Origin: Squalus acanthias
Taxonomy: Eukaryota
DNA: 64,000 bases
NCBI GenBank assembly: GCA_030390025.1
Contig: CM059432.1
Span: 120,158,001 to 120,222,000 of the forward strand
Direction: 5' to 3'
The notes beneath the pieces are model-generated. The model did no database searches and was not told the origin of the DNA. It saw only the letters and a program-made list of their open reading frames with translations. This document shows positions 23,377 to 35,869 of the stretch, in pieces (position 1 is the stretch's first letter; every line of letters begins with the position of its first letter). Both the position numbers and the translations under genes were made by a program.

Positions 23377-25086
23377 TCAAGCAGCTCTGGGCCTAGAAGA
23401 CTCGGCTTCAGACTGCACCATCTCGGCATGGGCAGCATCAGTGTGGGCTGGCTGGCTGACAGGCAACAGCAAAGACACTGGTGGAGTGGCAGGGGTGAGA
23501 GCATAAATGCTGTCATCCTGAGAGAGGACAGCAGGCTCGTGCTTCATGGAGCCACTGCCACTCCCCCGGGGCGGCGCTTCAGCAAGCCTTGTAATCTGTT
23601 GGAGGACAGATTGCTGGACTGCTGAGATACCCCGAAAGCCCCTTTGAACACTGGTATCCAGAGCGATGATGGCAGCAATCCGAGCTTCCACTGCAGCACT
23701 CAGACGTTGGGTGGAAGCTGCTTGTGCTGCAATGGAAGCTGAGACATCGACCATCAGACGCTGCATCATGGTTGGGTCTACAGGTGTGTTGATGGAGTTG
23801 GCCAGCAGTTCCATGCTGGAAATGATGGGCTCCAAGCTCTGTGCCAATTTGGTGCCGGACTCCTCCCTGCTCCTTGACACTGAACGCAGGCTTCCTGGCA
23901 GGCTTTCCAATGCACCAAGCATTTTGGTGTGTAGACACATCAGCCTCTTTCTGTAGCCTGCCCCATCGAAGTCCTCATCTGAGTTCTCTGCAGCAGAACC
24001 TGTGTGTGACCTGGCCTTCGGCAAGCTGGCACCTGTGCTATCCATGCCACCTGCCTTGGCTGCAGCCCACTTGTGCCCGGTGTCCCACCATGTGCAGATA
24101 CCGCCTCTATGCTATTCTCTAAGATAGCGCGCAGTCTCAGTATCTGAGCTGATGGCTGCTTATGTGAAATTGAGTGACCGTGTGTCTTCATCATCACTGT
24201 CTGCTTGGTCTTCCTCCACTGCCTGGCCAGGTTGCACTTCTTGGGTAACTGAAAGGTAAAAGGCACAAGGATAAGGTTGTGGTTAGGGGAGAGGAGACTG
24301 TAAGAAGTGCATGCTTACACCCTCTGCAGATTGTAAGTCAGAAGAGATTGTGAGATGAGGGGAAAGTGGGATGTGAGAAGGAAGATTCGGTCTGAGGATA
24401 CCGTCATCTTCAATGGTTTCAGCCCCACCTGTGGCCACAGCCTCAGCAATGGCCCTTCCCGTAACGGCCAACACTGTCTCCTTCATGGGGGTTAGAACCT
24501 GCAGGAGCATCTCTCCCCCTCTGGTTAGATCCTGCTGCCTCCAGTTGTGCCCCCCTTTCTCCTGCAAGAGAGAGGGAAGTGTGTCAGTGAGTGCTGTGCA
24601 ATATGTTAGTGTGATGTGGCTGCCATGTTGAATAGCTGCCATTGTGTGCAAGCTGTGAGATGTGGGTGTGAGGCTTGCAGCAGTGCTAAGTGTGTGAGGG
24701 TGAGGTGAAACATGTGAATGTGAAGTATGAGTCCTGATTGATAGAGATTGTTGGTAGGTGAGTGATGAGGGTGTGGTGAATTTAGCAGTGGCTGAGGCTA
24801 GTGGTGCAGTTGGTGGGATACGGCATTTGAAGATGCATTCACTGACATTGACCACTCGTGTGAGGTCATTAATCTTCTTGCGGCACTGAGTCCAGGTGAT
24901 TGGGACTAACCTCCTGGCATTGACCTCTGCGGCTATTTGTTCCCACTGCCTTCTCATCGTGTGTCTGGAGAGCCTCCTGTCCCCCTGAGGATACAGGACA
25001 TCTCTCCTCCTTTCCACCTCCTCCACCAAAAACTCCAGTGCAGCGTCAGAAAAACTTGGTGTACTCTCTTTCCCATGGTCAGCCAT
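23377..25086 (-). pseudogene. Harbinger Myb/SANT-like (trihelix) DNA-binding protein pseudogene, at least 3 exons
   Basis: ATG at 25086; exon 1 FSDAALEFLVEEV...WEQIAAEVNA...TWTQCRKKINDL; predicted introns 24846-24562 (GTCAGT...TTGCAG) and 24401-24249 (GTATCC...TTTCAG); exon 3 frameshifted and cut by CR1. Confidence 0.85.
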
Positions 25087-25659
25087 TGTTGATTGTTGCA
25101 CAGTGCTATTCCCAATGATATCAGTACCTCCAGCAGCCACAATGCACCTTCCCTTTGAGTGGTGCAGGCTTTAAGTAGTGTAGACTAGCTTTAAGGAGTG
25201 CTAGGAAGTAACCATACTGGGCTCCTTGCTGATGTGTGCAGCCAATGAACAGCACGATTAGTGCTGGCTGCACACAGCAATCATTATAATGAGCAGACAG
25301 CACAAAGTTGGCATGTTGCCTACATTACACTGAACAGGCATGGGTTAATCGCGCCTTGCGATCCCCGCGCCCGTTTTCAGGGGCTATCTAATTAAATCCC
25401 CTTGATCTCTGTCCAAGCAAATAACTGGTCCAGCTCTCTTTTTGAACCGACTACTTAAACATTTCTTTCCCATAGAATAGTGAACAAATGCTAAAGACTG
25501 CTCAACAAATAGTTTAGGTCAAGATGACTAACTCCTTTAAAAAGGATCAGAACAAATACCTGTTTGGGAACAGGATTGGTGATATGTATAACAGGGATCT
25601 GTATAAACTGAGATGATTAATTACAAGGAACATCATGGCTTCTTTCCCACATCTATTTC

Positions 25660-26075
25660 ATCACCAAGTCAAGCACTTTCCACCTTCTTTTCAGTTCTTT
25701 CCTCCGCGCCAACTCTCCCCCACTACCGCCGAGACTTCAACCTTGAGGCTTGACTTCTCTAATGCTCTCTTAGCCAGCCTCCCCACTTCCACAGCTCATT
25801 CAGAATGTAATCGCACATGTCCTTACCACTAAAAGCTCTGGACTTCTATTAACCCAGCCATGCCAGGCTCTACTAGTTTCCTGAACTCCTAACAAATCAA
25901 TTTCAAGACCTTTCCTCTCATCTTGAAACGCTTCTGGTCTCTCACCCCACTATACCACTGTGACCTCCTTATGCCCTGTGTCCCCTCATATCTTTCAGTC
26001 CTCTGACACTGCTCTACTCCTCATTTTCTGTCCTGTTTGCTTCACCATCACTATCTGCTCATTCAGCCACTATGC
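25660..26075 (+). mobile_element. Old L2-clade LINE fragment
   Basis: Peptide RLDFSNALLASLP resembles the L2 C-terminal RLDYCNSLLAGLP motif; heavily decayed. Confidence 0.55.
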
Positions 26076-26121
26076 AAATGGTTCACCAATTTTCATGAAC
26101 GTATAATTGAACAGACATATA

Positions 26122-27876
26122 GCCTGCAATTTCGCCAGTGGTGGCGGGATTGCGGTGGGAGAGGTAGTTGGCGGGTTCTGGTCCCGTTCCCGGCTACACC
26201 CGCTCTGTAAAAAGGATTTTCCGTTAATGAGGCTTGTTAAGCCCGCCCTGCAGGGTTCCCGGCCAATTAAAAGGAAGCGGGTCTGATGACATCATGTGAT
26301 GATGCATCATCAGCCGGTTTCCTTAAAGGGACCATAGCCGCATTAATTTTGACAGTTGTGCTGTCAGTGTTCTGCAGCATTGAAGTGCAGCAAACACTGA
26401 CACGCACTGCAGTAAGGTGGACGCTTGCACCCAGGCTCTCGCATAACTCCCTCCATATGCTTATGGAGGGAGTCACAGCATGCAGGGAGGTTCTCTTCCC
26501 TCCCCAGGACACCAACGCAGCCTGGTTGCACATTGCACAGGAGGACAAAAGCAAGGATGCCGTCAGGAGTACCTGGCTGCAGTGGCACAAACCTTTCAAT
26601 GATCACAGTAGATCATGAAACGTTACTGCCAAGCCACACTCAACCTTATGCTCCTGTGCCACTCATCACATCCCCATCACTCTGCCTTCCCTACCCTACT
26701 CCTGCACATCTTACTCACACCAACGTACCTTGCACCTCCACCTATCCCTCTCTATCTACATTATCACTTCCCCATCTCACTAGCCACCCCTCACACTCAC
26801 CCTCATCCTAGTGCAATCATACCAACTAACAACACACAAGGGTAGGCACTTGGGTGTTTTCTGCAATGTTCATGTAAATTATCTGTTAATGTGTTGTCAA
26901 ACATTGAAATCTTTATTTTCAACACTTTGCCTTATTGTACAGATCTGCGCTCACCTTTGGAAGTGTCATACTGAGTTGCAGTGAATGGTGAGACATAACA
27001 GTTTCCCCTGCAATGGTGATGAGTGTGAAAGGAATGGCTTGGTCATTGTAGGAATGCTTTATGGTGATGGTGTGGGGTGGTGTTAACCTGGTGCATCATG
27101 TGTACAGCGTCAAGTGACATAAATCTGGCCATGATGATGCCATCGCTGGCCTCCTGGGCAGCAATGTTGTCGGGTGCTGCTGCCTTGTGTCCTGTGCAGC
27201 ATCAGGTGATTGTGGAGAAGGTTGGTATTGTTGTTTGGGATGTTGGTGTGCCTAGTGATGTTGGTGTTGGGGCTGATCATGGAGGGATTCAGAGGACCAA
27301 GCTGAGATTTTTTCAAGGGCACCGATGTTGTTGGAATAGATGGCAGCTGAAGCTGAGATGACAGAAGCGATCTGTCAATGGTGAGAGAGCTTGCGACAAG
27401 GAGGTGACAGTGGATAGATAGTTTACTTCAAACACTTCCAAACTGCATACAGCTCAAAAGTGTCTTCCAAGTCCTGAAGGCTCAAGCTTCTGACATTGGA
27501 AAGTGACCAGCTGTGAAATGGTAGCTTTCATACCACTTTTACAGCCGTCACCTATTCACAGCAATGGGGAGACATAGAGAACCCGACCTACTTACCTGAC
27601 GTGATCTCCGAACAACATGAAGACTGTTAAAAAAGTGGGAAAATAGAAAAAGGCTGGCAAAATAGTAGCAAACAAGCAATTAACAAGCAGTTAAGTAACT
27701 TAAATGCTTCCCCCGTCGCTTGATGTCGGGTCTGTTCTGAAATCGCAGACCCGACACTTTGGAAACTTACATGGAGGCAGGTTCAGAGTGGGCTCCCAAC
27801 CCGTTGTCAATCATTTCGATTTTTACAGTGGACCCGCCTCCAAATCCGCACTCTGAGCACCGGCAAAATTCAGTCC
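26122..27876 (-). mobile_element. Non-autonomous Harbinger with Myb/SANT-like remnant (copy 2)
   Basis: Reverse-complement homologue of 9622-11663 without the Tx1 insert; TIRs GCCTGCAATTTCGCC / GGACTGAATTTTGCC; TSD ATA at 26119-26121 and 27877-27879. Confidence 0.88.
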
Positions 27877-28174
27877 ATAGTCATTCAGTGGCATATCAGG
27901 TAGTTTAATTGAGAGACTCAGCATATTGGTCTCATCCTTCAATGGAGGTGCCTTTACTCAATTATACCCTGTTGTATTTGAAGGCTTCTATTATTGTTTA
28001 AGTTGCTTCATTAGGATGCTGCATGTTCTGTTCAGTAATGAACATTCATTTTGTAGAGGCTATGCTACAAATACCAAATAGGAAGTAAAGCCTTTCACAA
28101 CAGGATGAATTATTTCTCATTCTTGAACATAAATTGGATGGTAGTATAATTTGCACATTTATAATGTTATTATG

Positions 28175-28530
28175 AAAAAAGAAAACATTTGTATTTATGT
28201 AGCACCTTTCACATCCCTAGGGCATTCCAAAGCCAATGATTTACTTTTGAAGTGTGGTCACTATTGTTTTGTTGGCAAATGCGACAGTCAATTTATGCAC
28301 AGTTAGGTCCCCAAACCGCAATGAGATGTCTGAGCAGTTAAACAGTTTTTTGTGGTGTTGATTGAGGAAAAAATGTTAACCAGCACATCAGGAGGACACT
28401 CCTGCTTTTTTTTTAATAGTGCCATTGATTTTTTATGTCCACCTGAACAGGCAGAAAAGGCCTTATTTTAGCATCTCATTCAAGAACCAGCAAAGTATGA
28501 CAAAGCAAAGTTCCCTCAATACCGCTTAGC
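28175..28530 (-). mobile_element. Degenerate DeuSINE
   Basis: Co-linear with about 40802-41140 (AAAGCCAATGA..TACTTTTGAAGTG..GTCACT, AATAGTGCCAT, CACCTGA). Confidence 0.65.
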
Positions 28531-29359
28531 TAAAAGTTCAGTCAGACCATGGCCAACATCTATTTCCCAGATGAAGCTAAGCAGATATCGCTTCAGCAAC
28601 AAATCCTGAGGGGACAGGAAATTGTCAAGGAGTTTACTTCAGTTTGTACTTCAGCATCCTGCTGACTTCCTGCAGAGTGGGATTGGTGGAGGTCATGGGA
28701 ATGACTCCAGTCACCTTCCTGACCTCTTAGCCTGCTTAGGAAAGGAACTTAAATGATAATGATGTTATTTTACATGGTCAACCATAACTATACACCAGAT
28801 ATTTAACAGCCTCTTTGACCATGCTGCCAATGAATTGATTATTACCAATTGTACATAGAGGTAAGTGACCTGATACTGATGTGTCCAATACCCAGACAAT
28901 CCATTGCAATTTTTGGTGATTTTGAACAAGGCTGGTACTGATTCTTTAGGATTCATGAAATGGAGTAGACAGTGTCAATATACATTGCTAAGTTGTATAT
29001 TTTGTCTGATTTCTGGACATGGTTCTTTATTATCACAGAAAAGGACTCTTTGCTATTAGGAAGAAAAATGCAGATAAGCAGCAACCTTTGCAACAGAAAA
29101 GGGAAGACACATGACCATTAGTAATGACGGAGACCTAAGATTAATAGCAACTGTAATACTGGATCAACTAAAGCAAACAACTCTAACAACTGGCCAAGTA
29201 TTTCAAACCAAACTCTAGTTGTTTTGAATGATGTCGCCTTAGGATGAGGTTGAACAGTAAGAAAGGTGGAACATTTTACCAACAGCACCTTAACGGATGT
29301 CAAAGTAAAAGTGATGGCGGCAGAAGACTACTGGGAATAATTGAGAAGTACGTGATATA

Positions 29360-29510
29360 TTGAGAGAGAGGGGAGAGAGAGAAAGAAAGGAGAGAGAGAA
29401 GAGAAAGGAGAGGCAAAAAGGGAGGAGAAGGAAGAGAGGAGAGAGAGAGATGAGAGAGAGAACACATGCAAATAAGAGACAATACTGGGGAATAAGGATG
29501 GAAGGAAGTG
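29360..29510. repeat. GA-rich low-complexity tract
   Basis: Degenerate (GA)n/(GGA)n purine run. Confidence 0.8.
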
Positions 29511-30361
29511 TAAATGAATGACAGGCATACAGGACAGACACTGAAACAGACAGGCATGAATTGCACGGAATGGTAACACTGAGAAAGTGAAGGAAAACAA
29601 TTCCTGATGAAACTGTAGTCTGGCATTTGTCCATTTTATTGAAAACTTCTTCTGGCTTGATTGTTCATCTCCTGGGATATAGTTTGCGATTTGCAAGTAT
29701 GATCTACGAAATACGAGGTGATATCAGACAACTTAAGATTTAAATATGCAAATGAAAAATGCAAATATTCTGTATTACAGTAATAACATTTACACTTGAG
29801 TACAAGTTTGAAATCTAAGCTAATCGAGATTTAGTCACTTTGACGAGGGAAGGTGAACTGGAAGCATTGCTCACTTTGGAATTAGAAGATGAAGTAATTT
29901 TGTTTTTAAAATGTCAGAATTTATGCGTTCATTCTGTCTACAATCTGTGACTGAACCAATTTCATTTTGTTATTAAATTCTGCGTGGAAACAATAATTTT
30001 AGTTCTCTGGTTCTGCCTTCAGGTAAAAATGGCTTGGGTCATTTTAAATCAAACCGAAGTCAGTATCCAAACAGGCTGCTTTCCTCAGTCTCCCTAATTT
30101 AAAACTGGCTTCCAGTTACAGTCAAGGCAGCGTACAACATCCATTACCTTGTTTCTCTCCTATTCCACAAGGAGCAGTAAACAGCTATATTATGTTAAAT
30201 ATTGGATTCCCACTGACTTTCAAATTCTCATTTTAGAATGCATTATCGATAGAGAAATTGAAACATTTTTTTGCTCTCTAACACTGGCTTATTTTGCAAG
30301 TAATTTTCCGAAGCTGCACTTCTGCTGGGGAACCTCACCTGCTGCCCACGCATAACGGAAA

Positions 30362-30798
30362 ATCATAGACATAAGAACATAAGAAATAGGAGCAGGAGTA
30401 GGCCATTTGGCCCCTTGAGCCTGCTCCGCTATTCAATAAGATCATGGTTGATGTACCTCGACTCCACTTTCCTACACTATCACCATATCCCTTGATTCCC
30501 TTAATATTCAAACATCTAGCGATCTCTATCTTGAATATACTCAATGACTGAGCCTCCACAGCCCTCTGGGGTAGAAAATTCCAAAGATTCACCACCCTCT
30601 GAGTGAAGAAATTTCTCCTCATCTCAGTCCTAAATGGCTGACCCCTTATTCTGAGACTGTGACACCTGGTTCTAGACTCACCAGCCAGTGGAAACATCCT
30701 CCCTGCATCTATCCGTCAAGCCCTTTAAGAATTTTGTATGTTTCAATGAGATCACCTCTCATTCTTCTAAACTCTAGAGAATATAGGCCTAGTCTACT
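30362..30798 (-). mobile_element. CR1 3' fragment
   Basis: MFPLAGESRTR..LRIRGQPFRTEMRRNFFTQRVVNLWN; CATAAGAA tail. Confidence 0.9.
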
Positions 30799-30799
30799 C

Positions 30800-31070
30800 A
30801 AGGGCAGCAGATGCATGGGAACACCACCACCTCCAAGTTCCCCTCCAAGTCACACACCATCCTGACTTGGAAATATATCGCCGCTCCTTCATTGTCGCTG
30901 GGTCAAAATCCTGGAACTCCCTCCCTAGCAGCACTGTGAGAGTACCTTCACCACACAGACTGCAGTGGTTCAAGAAGGCGGCTCACCACCACCTTCTTAA
31001 GGGCAATTAGGGATGGGCAATAAATGTTGGCCTTGCCAGTGATGCCCACATTTCATGAACGAAAAAAAAA
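30800..31070 (+). mobile_element. 3' end of the second LINE family, with A-rich tail
   Basis: WEHHHLQVPLQVTHHPDLEIYRRSFIVAGSKSWNSLP...LQWFKKAAHHHLLKGN*, then AATAAA and an A tail. Confidence 0.75.
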
Positions 31071-32560
31071 GTGTGTTGGAAGGTTTATACACTGATACAA
31101 ACGGAAATGCTATTTGAAAAATTACAAAGACCAAGAAAAATTGAATATCTACGTTACACAGATCACCAAGCCTTCCAATTTGAACAAAACTTTGATTGTG
31201 AAGACTCAACTGAGTTAAAGGCATATGTTTAGCCAAATAAAGGGCTTTTTAGAAGCTTTGAGAGGGGAGTGTGGGGTGAGCTGACCTCACATGCCATATA
31301 GGGCAAATCTGGTCTTTCCTCATGTTGCATTAGACATTTGGGAAGTAATGCTGAAACTCAGTCAAACGCATCCCATCTTCCACAGTCTTTTCTTCTGCTG
31401 CTTGGTGAATCAACCTCTGGGCCCCACCTCTAGTGAGCTTTTTGACCTGTTTGCCTATCAATCTCAGTGCAGCGCTCCTTAATGGGTTGGATGGTTGCTA
31501 AGGTAATGGAGGGATCAGAGAGTGAAGGGAAGAACTTATGCATGCACAGCTAGTGATTTTACTCCCAGCTGTAAGGACACTAAAAAGAAGTGAAGGTCAT
31601 TACAAATATTCCATTTGTTCTGTTTGATACAAAATGTACCAACAAACTAAATAATAGGATCAGTACATGTATATTAAAAAATGGCAGTGGCATTTGACAG
31701 TATATACAACTACTCAGATGAGTTTGAAAATGGGTACCACAAAGCACGTGCAAGAATTTCAAAAGCTTTTTCCATTTTTTAACTGATAGACTCCTGGGGC
31801 TGGATTTTCCCAGCCCTGAAGAGGCGGGTTTGGAGGTGGGACTGCTGGGAAAATGGGAAAAATTGGGAGCGGGTCCCAACCCCGCTTCCAACCCGCCTCC
31901 GAACCATCTTCCCGGGAGGCGGGTCCCCGACTCGCGCAAGGACCCGTCTCCTAGCGGCGGGAAGGGGATTAGAGCCAATTAACTGCCTGTTAACAGGTAG
32001 TTAACAGGCAGTTAAGAGGCTTTTCCCCATTTTCAGCCTTCTGATGCGGGCTTCCCGACGGCGGGAAACCCCGCCAGGGTCAGCGAGGCGAGCTGTGGGT
32101 CTGCTGCAGTGTAAGTGTGCAAATGACAGCTGCAGAGGTAATGTGATGGGTGCAATCGTGCACAGGTAAGTATGACAGGTGAGAGAATGTAGTGAGAAAT
32201 ATTTTTATTCTGTTTATATGTATCTGCAGGTGACAAGATTTGATGTTTCTGTGAAGCCAAATCTGATCGGGAGAATTGACAGATGACTTCTGCAATCTCA
32301 CATGCAGCTGCCATCTGTTTTCTCCTAAGGAGAGAGTCATTGGTAAGCCTGGGTGCAAAGGCTCACCTTTGGACAGTGTTTGTCAGTGTTTGACAGCACC
32401 TCAATGCTGTCAAACACTGACAATTCATCTGTCAAAAAATTATGGGGCCTGTCCCTTTAAGAAAACTGGCAGATGAAGCGTCATGCACTGACATCATCTG
32501 ACACCGACTTTCCCTTAATTGGCCGGCAAGCCCGCAGGGGGCGGGACTCAAAGAGTCATA

Positions 32561-33450
32561 GGGGGAGAAATTCAGTATCGCCCCATTTGGGGCGCAATTA
32601 TCGGCCGGGCGCAAAGATTAGCGCCCAGCGCTAATTATCGCTATCGACTGCAAACTTGACTTTTATCGCCCCTGGAGGTGATTGGAGCGCTAAATCAGGT
32701 GCTTCACACCTGTCTTAAGGCGCAAAGGCCGAGGAGCGAGGCGCTACCTCAGAGCGCTGGCGAAGCTCATGTGATGTCTGTCAGCAATGGAACACACACA
32801 CAATGGCATGGGCCAGTTCTTAAAGGGAATGGTTGATATTGCTTTCGATCCACATCTGCTCATTGCAGCCTTGAATCTCGGCCTGGAGAGACCTGCACAT
32901 CAAATCTGCTGGAAAGAACAATGGAGAGTACCAGGGAAAGAGCTCAGAGTGCAGCCCCCACAGTCTCTTCTAAATCGATACAAGGAATGGCAAATCAAAA
33001 TGAACCTGCAAAGTGCTGCTCAGTACCCAAAACTCCTTTACACAACGTTGAATCTCTCCAGAAGTCTCTCTCTCTCTCTCAGAATGCGTGGTTCAAAAAT
33101 GGCACCAACAATAAAAGGCAGGAAGCAGTCACCTTTAAATAGCGCTACCCCACTCCCTTCATGACTGCAAAACGCTCCCCTCAACCTGTCGTTGCTAGCG
33201 TCAGGCGGTAAGGCAGGGGGCGCCACTCAATTTCCGCTCCGGGGCGTTACTGGGGCGTTGCGCACTCGACTGACGTCACGATCTGCTGGCGCAGGAGATC
33301 GTGGCGGTAGTGTTTAGCGTCACCGCAAAATGTCTAGTTAATTTCACGAGCGGCGCAAACTTCGCCGCGCCTGGGCGCTAGATGCTTTGCGCCCCATTAG
33401 CGCCCTCTTAAGGCACTAACGGGAGGCGCAACCAACTGAATTTTTCCCCC
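32561..33450. mobile_element. Harbinger-type MITE inserted in the CR1 tail
   Basis: TIRs GGGGGAGAAATTCAGT / GGGGGAAAAATTCAGT (15/16); TSD ATA at 32558-32560 and 33451-33453; CpG-rich subterminal GGCGC motifs. Confidence 0.88.
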
Positions 33451-34136
33451 ATAGAGTTATAAGCACAGAAAGAGGCCCTTCGGCCCATCGTGTCCGCACC
33501 GGCCATCAAGCCCTATCTATTCTAATCCCATTTTCCAGCACTTGGTCCGTAGCCTTGTATGCTATGGCGTTTCAAGTGCTCATCTAAATGCTTCTTCAAT
33601 GTTATGAGGGCTCCTGCCTCTACCACATTTTCAGGCAGTGAGCTCCAGATTCCAACCACCCTCTGGGTGAAAAAGTTTTTCCTCAAATCCCCTCTAAACC
33701 TCCTGCCCCTTACCTTGAAACTATGCCCCCTGGTTATTGACCCCTCTACTAAGGGGAAAAGTTCCTTTCTATCTACCCTATCTATGCCCCTCATAATTTT
33801 GTACACCTCTATCAGGTGCCCCCTCAGCCTTCTCTGCTCTAAGGAAAACAACCCCAGCCTGTCCAGTCTCTCTTCGTAGCTGAAGTGCTCCAACCCAGGT
33901 AACATCCTGGTGAATCTCCTCTGCACCCTCTCCAATGCAATCACATCGTTCCTATAGTGTGGCGACCAGAATTGCACACAGTAATCCAGCTGTGGCCTAA
34001 CTAGCATTTTGTACAGCTCCATCATAACCTCCCTGCTCTTATATTCTATGCCTCGGCTAATGAAGGCAAGTATCACATATGCCTTTTTAACCACCTTATC
34101 TACCTGTCCTGCTGCCTTCAGGGATCTATGTACATG

Positions 34137-35869
34137 TGTAAGGGGTTTCGCCGTGCTTGTATCACAGACGGTGCTGGTGCGAGGTTAGGCCTTCGTTGCC
34201 TAATACTATTGCTTGCTCTGGTCTCCGGCCAGCCTTGTTGCAATAAGCACCTGTGAGTGGTTCGACCCACTCGCCCTTACGGTTCTAACACTGGACTTAG
34301 GTGCGAGAGCAGTAATGCAGAGAAAAACTCAAATAGACCCGGTTGAATAGTACGAAATGGAAATCTTTATTGCATAGCGTCCAAAATCATGAAGTACATG
34401 TCATAGGCGCAAATTAATGAGAGTAGAAGTATACATACATTCATAAAGCTTGGTCTATGGTAATGAAGAACGCACGGCACATCGTAAAAAGGGGAACACA
34501 TTATACTTTATCTTCAATAAAACCACCCTCCCCTATCCATACCTACACTACATCTAGATTTGTAGGATCGGGAAACATGCTCACCACTCGTGATACTTCG
34601 GAGAATTTTAAAGTGAGGCACTCGGCTCGTTTCGCTGCAGCGCCTGACTGTCACGTGTTTGGAGGGGTCTCTGTACCCCACTTGTTTATCTTCGCTGCTG
34701 TGGCAAGCAGGCCGGGCTCCCCGTTGTCATGAAGAACTCGACAGAACTCGGGCCCGGCTGTAGAACTCAAAGAAAAGTCTTCCTGTACCGACACCAGTTG
34801 TCGGTAGAATTCAAAGAAGAGTCTTTGACCGGTTCGTGCAATAACCTGTAGAGTTCAAGAAGTGGGTCTTATATTTTCGGGCGCAGTCGGGGTTTACTGA
34901 CCGTAGCAGCACGTGGATTCTTCTTCTTTTCTTGTCATTTCGTCTTGTCTTGTTGGGCCTTCGGGTCCAGACACCGTTTACTGACTCTCGGGATGGTGCA
35001 CCCGGTCACTTGCCTTCGTTCGAGGCGGCTCGTTCCGATTGAGTTCCACCCAACATTCGAATAACCGTCCAGTGCGGCTAAAAGTTCAGAGTCAACAGAG
35101 TCCAGAGAAACACAGAAGGTGGCTCGTCCAGCAGAGCGATACCCGAGGATCAGAATAGCAGAATAAGAGTTCAGCCCGAGTCAAGAGTCAGCAGAGATAA
35201 GAGAATAGGAGACGATTCGAGCGAATAAGAGACCGATGGACATTTGTTCACTATAGTTATAGTGCTGTGTTCCCTTATCTCCCGCCCAAATCTTAATGTT
35301 TGTCCTTTGTGAAATATTGCCGCTCAAAACTCCCAGCATGGGGCGATTCTTGTCTTTAACGGGTTTCGGTAGCACCTGAAATTGGCCAACTACCCGTTAA
35401 TGTTTTCCCCATTGTTGAACCGGCTAGGAGCCTCCCTGGCTGGGTTTTGGGGGCCCCCGAATACTTGGTTAATCACCCGAGAATGGCTCTCTCATTGTAG
35501 AGCCGTGGGGGTATTTGTGTATTGATGTGTCTGGATGGGCCTTCGATTGCCCAGTACAATGGTCCTTACTTGTGCATGGAAAACGATTCCAGCACTCATA
35601 TCTTTTGCTATTGTCACAAATGCAAACAGGTTGCATCCTGTCTTTATCAGTGCTTATCGAGTATGATCCCGTCTTATATTGAAATGTTTATTCAAAAGCC
35701 ATCTTGTCTGCCCACTGTAATTCTGGAAGCTTCTGCCACGATGCGCGGTGGCCATTTTACAGGCTTCTGTGTGCTTTTTATTCATGACAGCATTTTGTTT
35801 AAATAAACTGATCAAACGAATCTGCTTCTCTTTCGTTATTTTGAATCGCGATAATTGCGAAACTTTACA
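34137..35869 (-). mobile_element. Solo LTR (1733 bp) related to 12401-14223
   Basis: TG...CA termini with inverted ends TGTAAGGGGTTTCGC / TGTAAAGTTTCGC; 4-bp TSD CATG at 34133-34136 and 35870-35873; CR1 sequence rejoins across it; minus-strand TATAA near 35257-35261 and AATAAA near 34366-34371. Confidence 0.88.

Larger units (their letters stand above)
20045..25401 (+). mobile_element. Formerly autonomous PIF/Harbinger DNA transposon with two convergent genes, decayed
   Basis: Degenerate TIRs GAGGGTGAAATTGG / GGGGATTTAATTAG; TSD TTG at 20042-20044 and 25402-25404; DDE nuclease on +, Myb/SANT gene on -. Confidence 0.9.

Noticed and set aside
20544..25086. Domesticated host genes HARBI1, NAIF1 or MSANTD
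   Set aside because: Multiple stops, frameshifts and insertions, and enclosure by TIRs with a TSD, indicate a dead transposon.
28811..28860. Possible 50-bp exon (TTAACAG...GAG|GTAAGT)
   Set aside because: Stops in all three frames and no partner exons; a non-coding exon cannot be supported without RNA data.
29560..29704. Minus-strand candidate exon SYLQIANYIPGDEQSSQKKFSIKWTNARLQ
   Set aside because: Plausible acceptor but no good donor and no recognisable family; the ORF runs into a CT-rich low-complexity tract.
34137..35869. Specific call as an endogenous foamy-like virus LTR
   Set aside because: Length and 4-bp TSD are compatible but not diagnostic; no internal genes, PBS or PPT are present.
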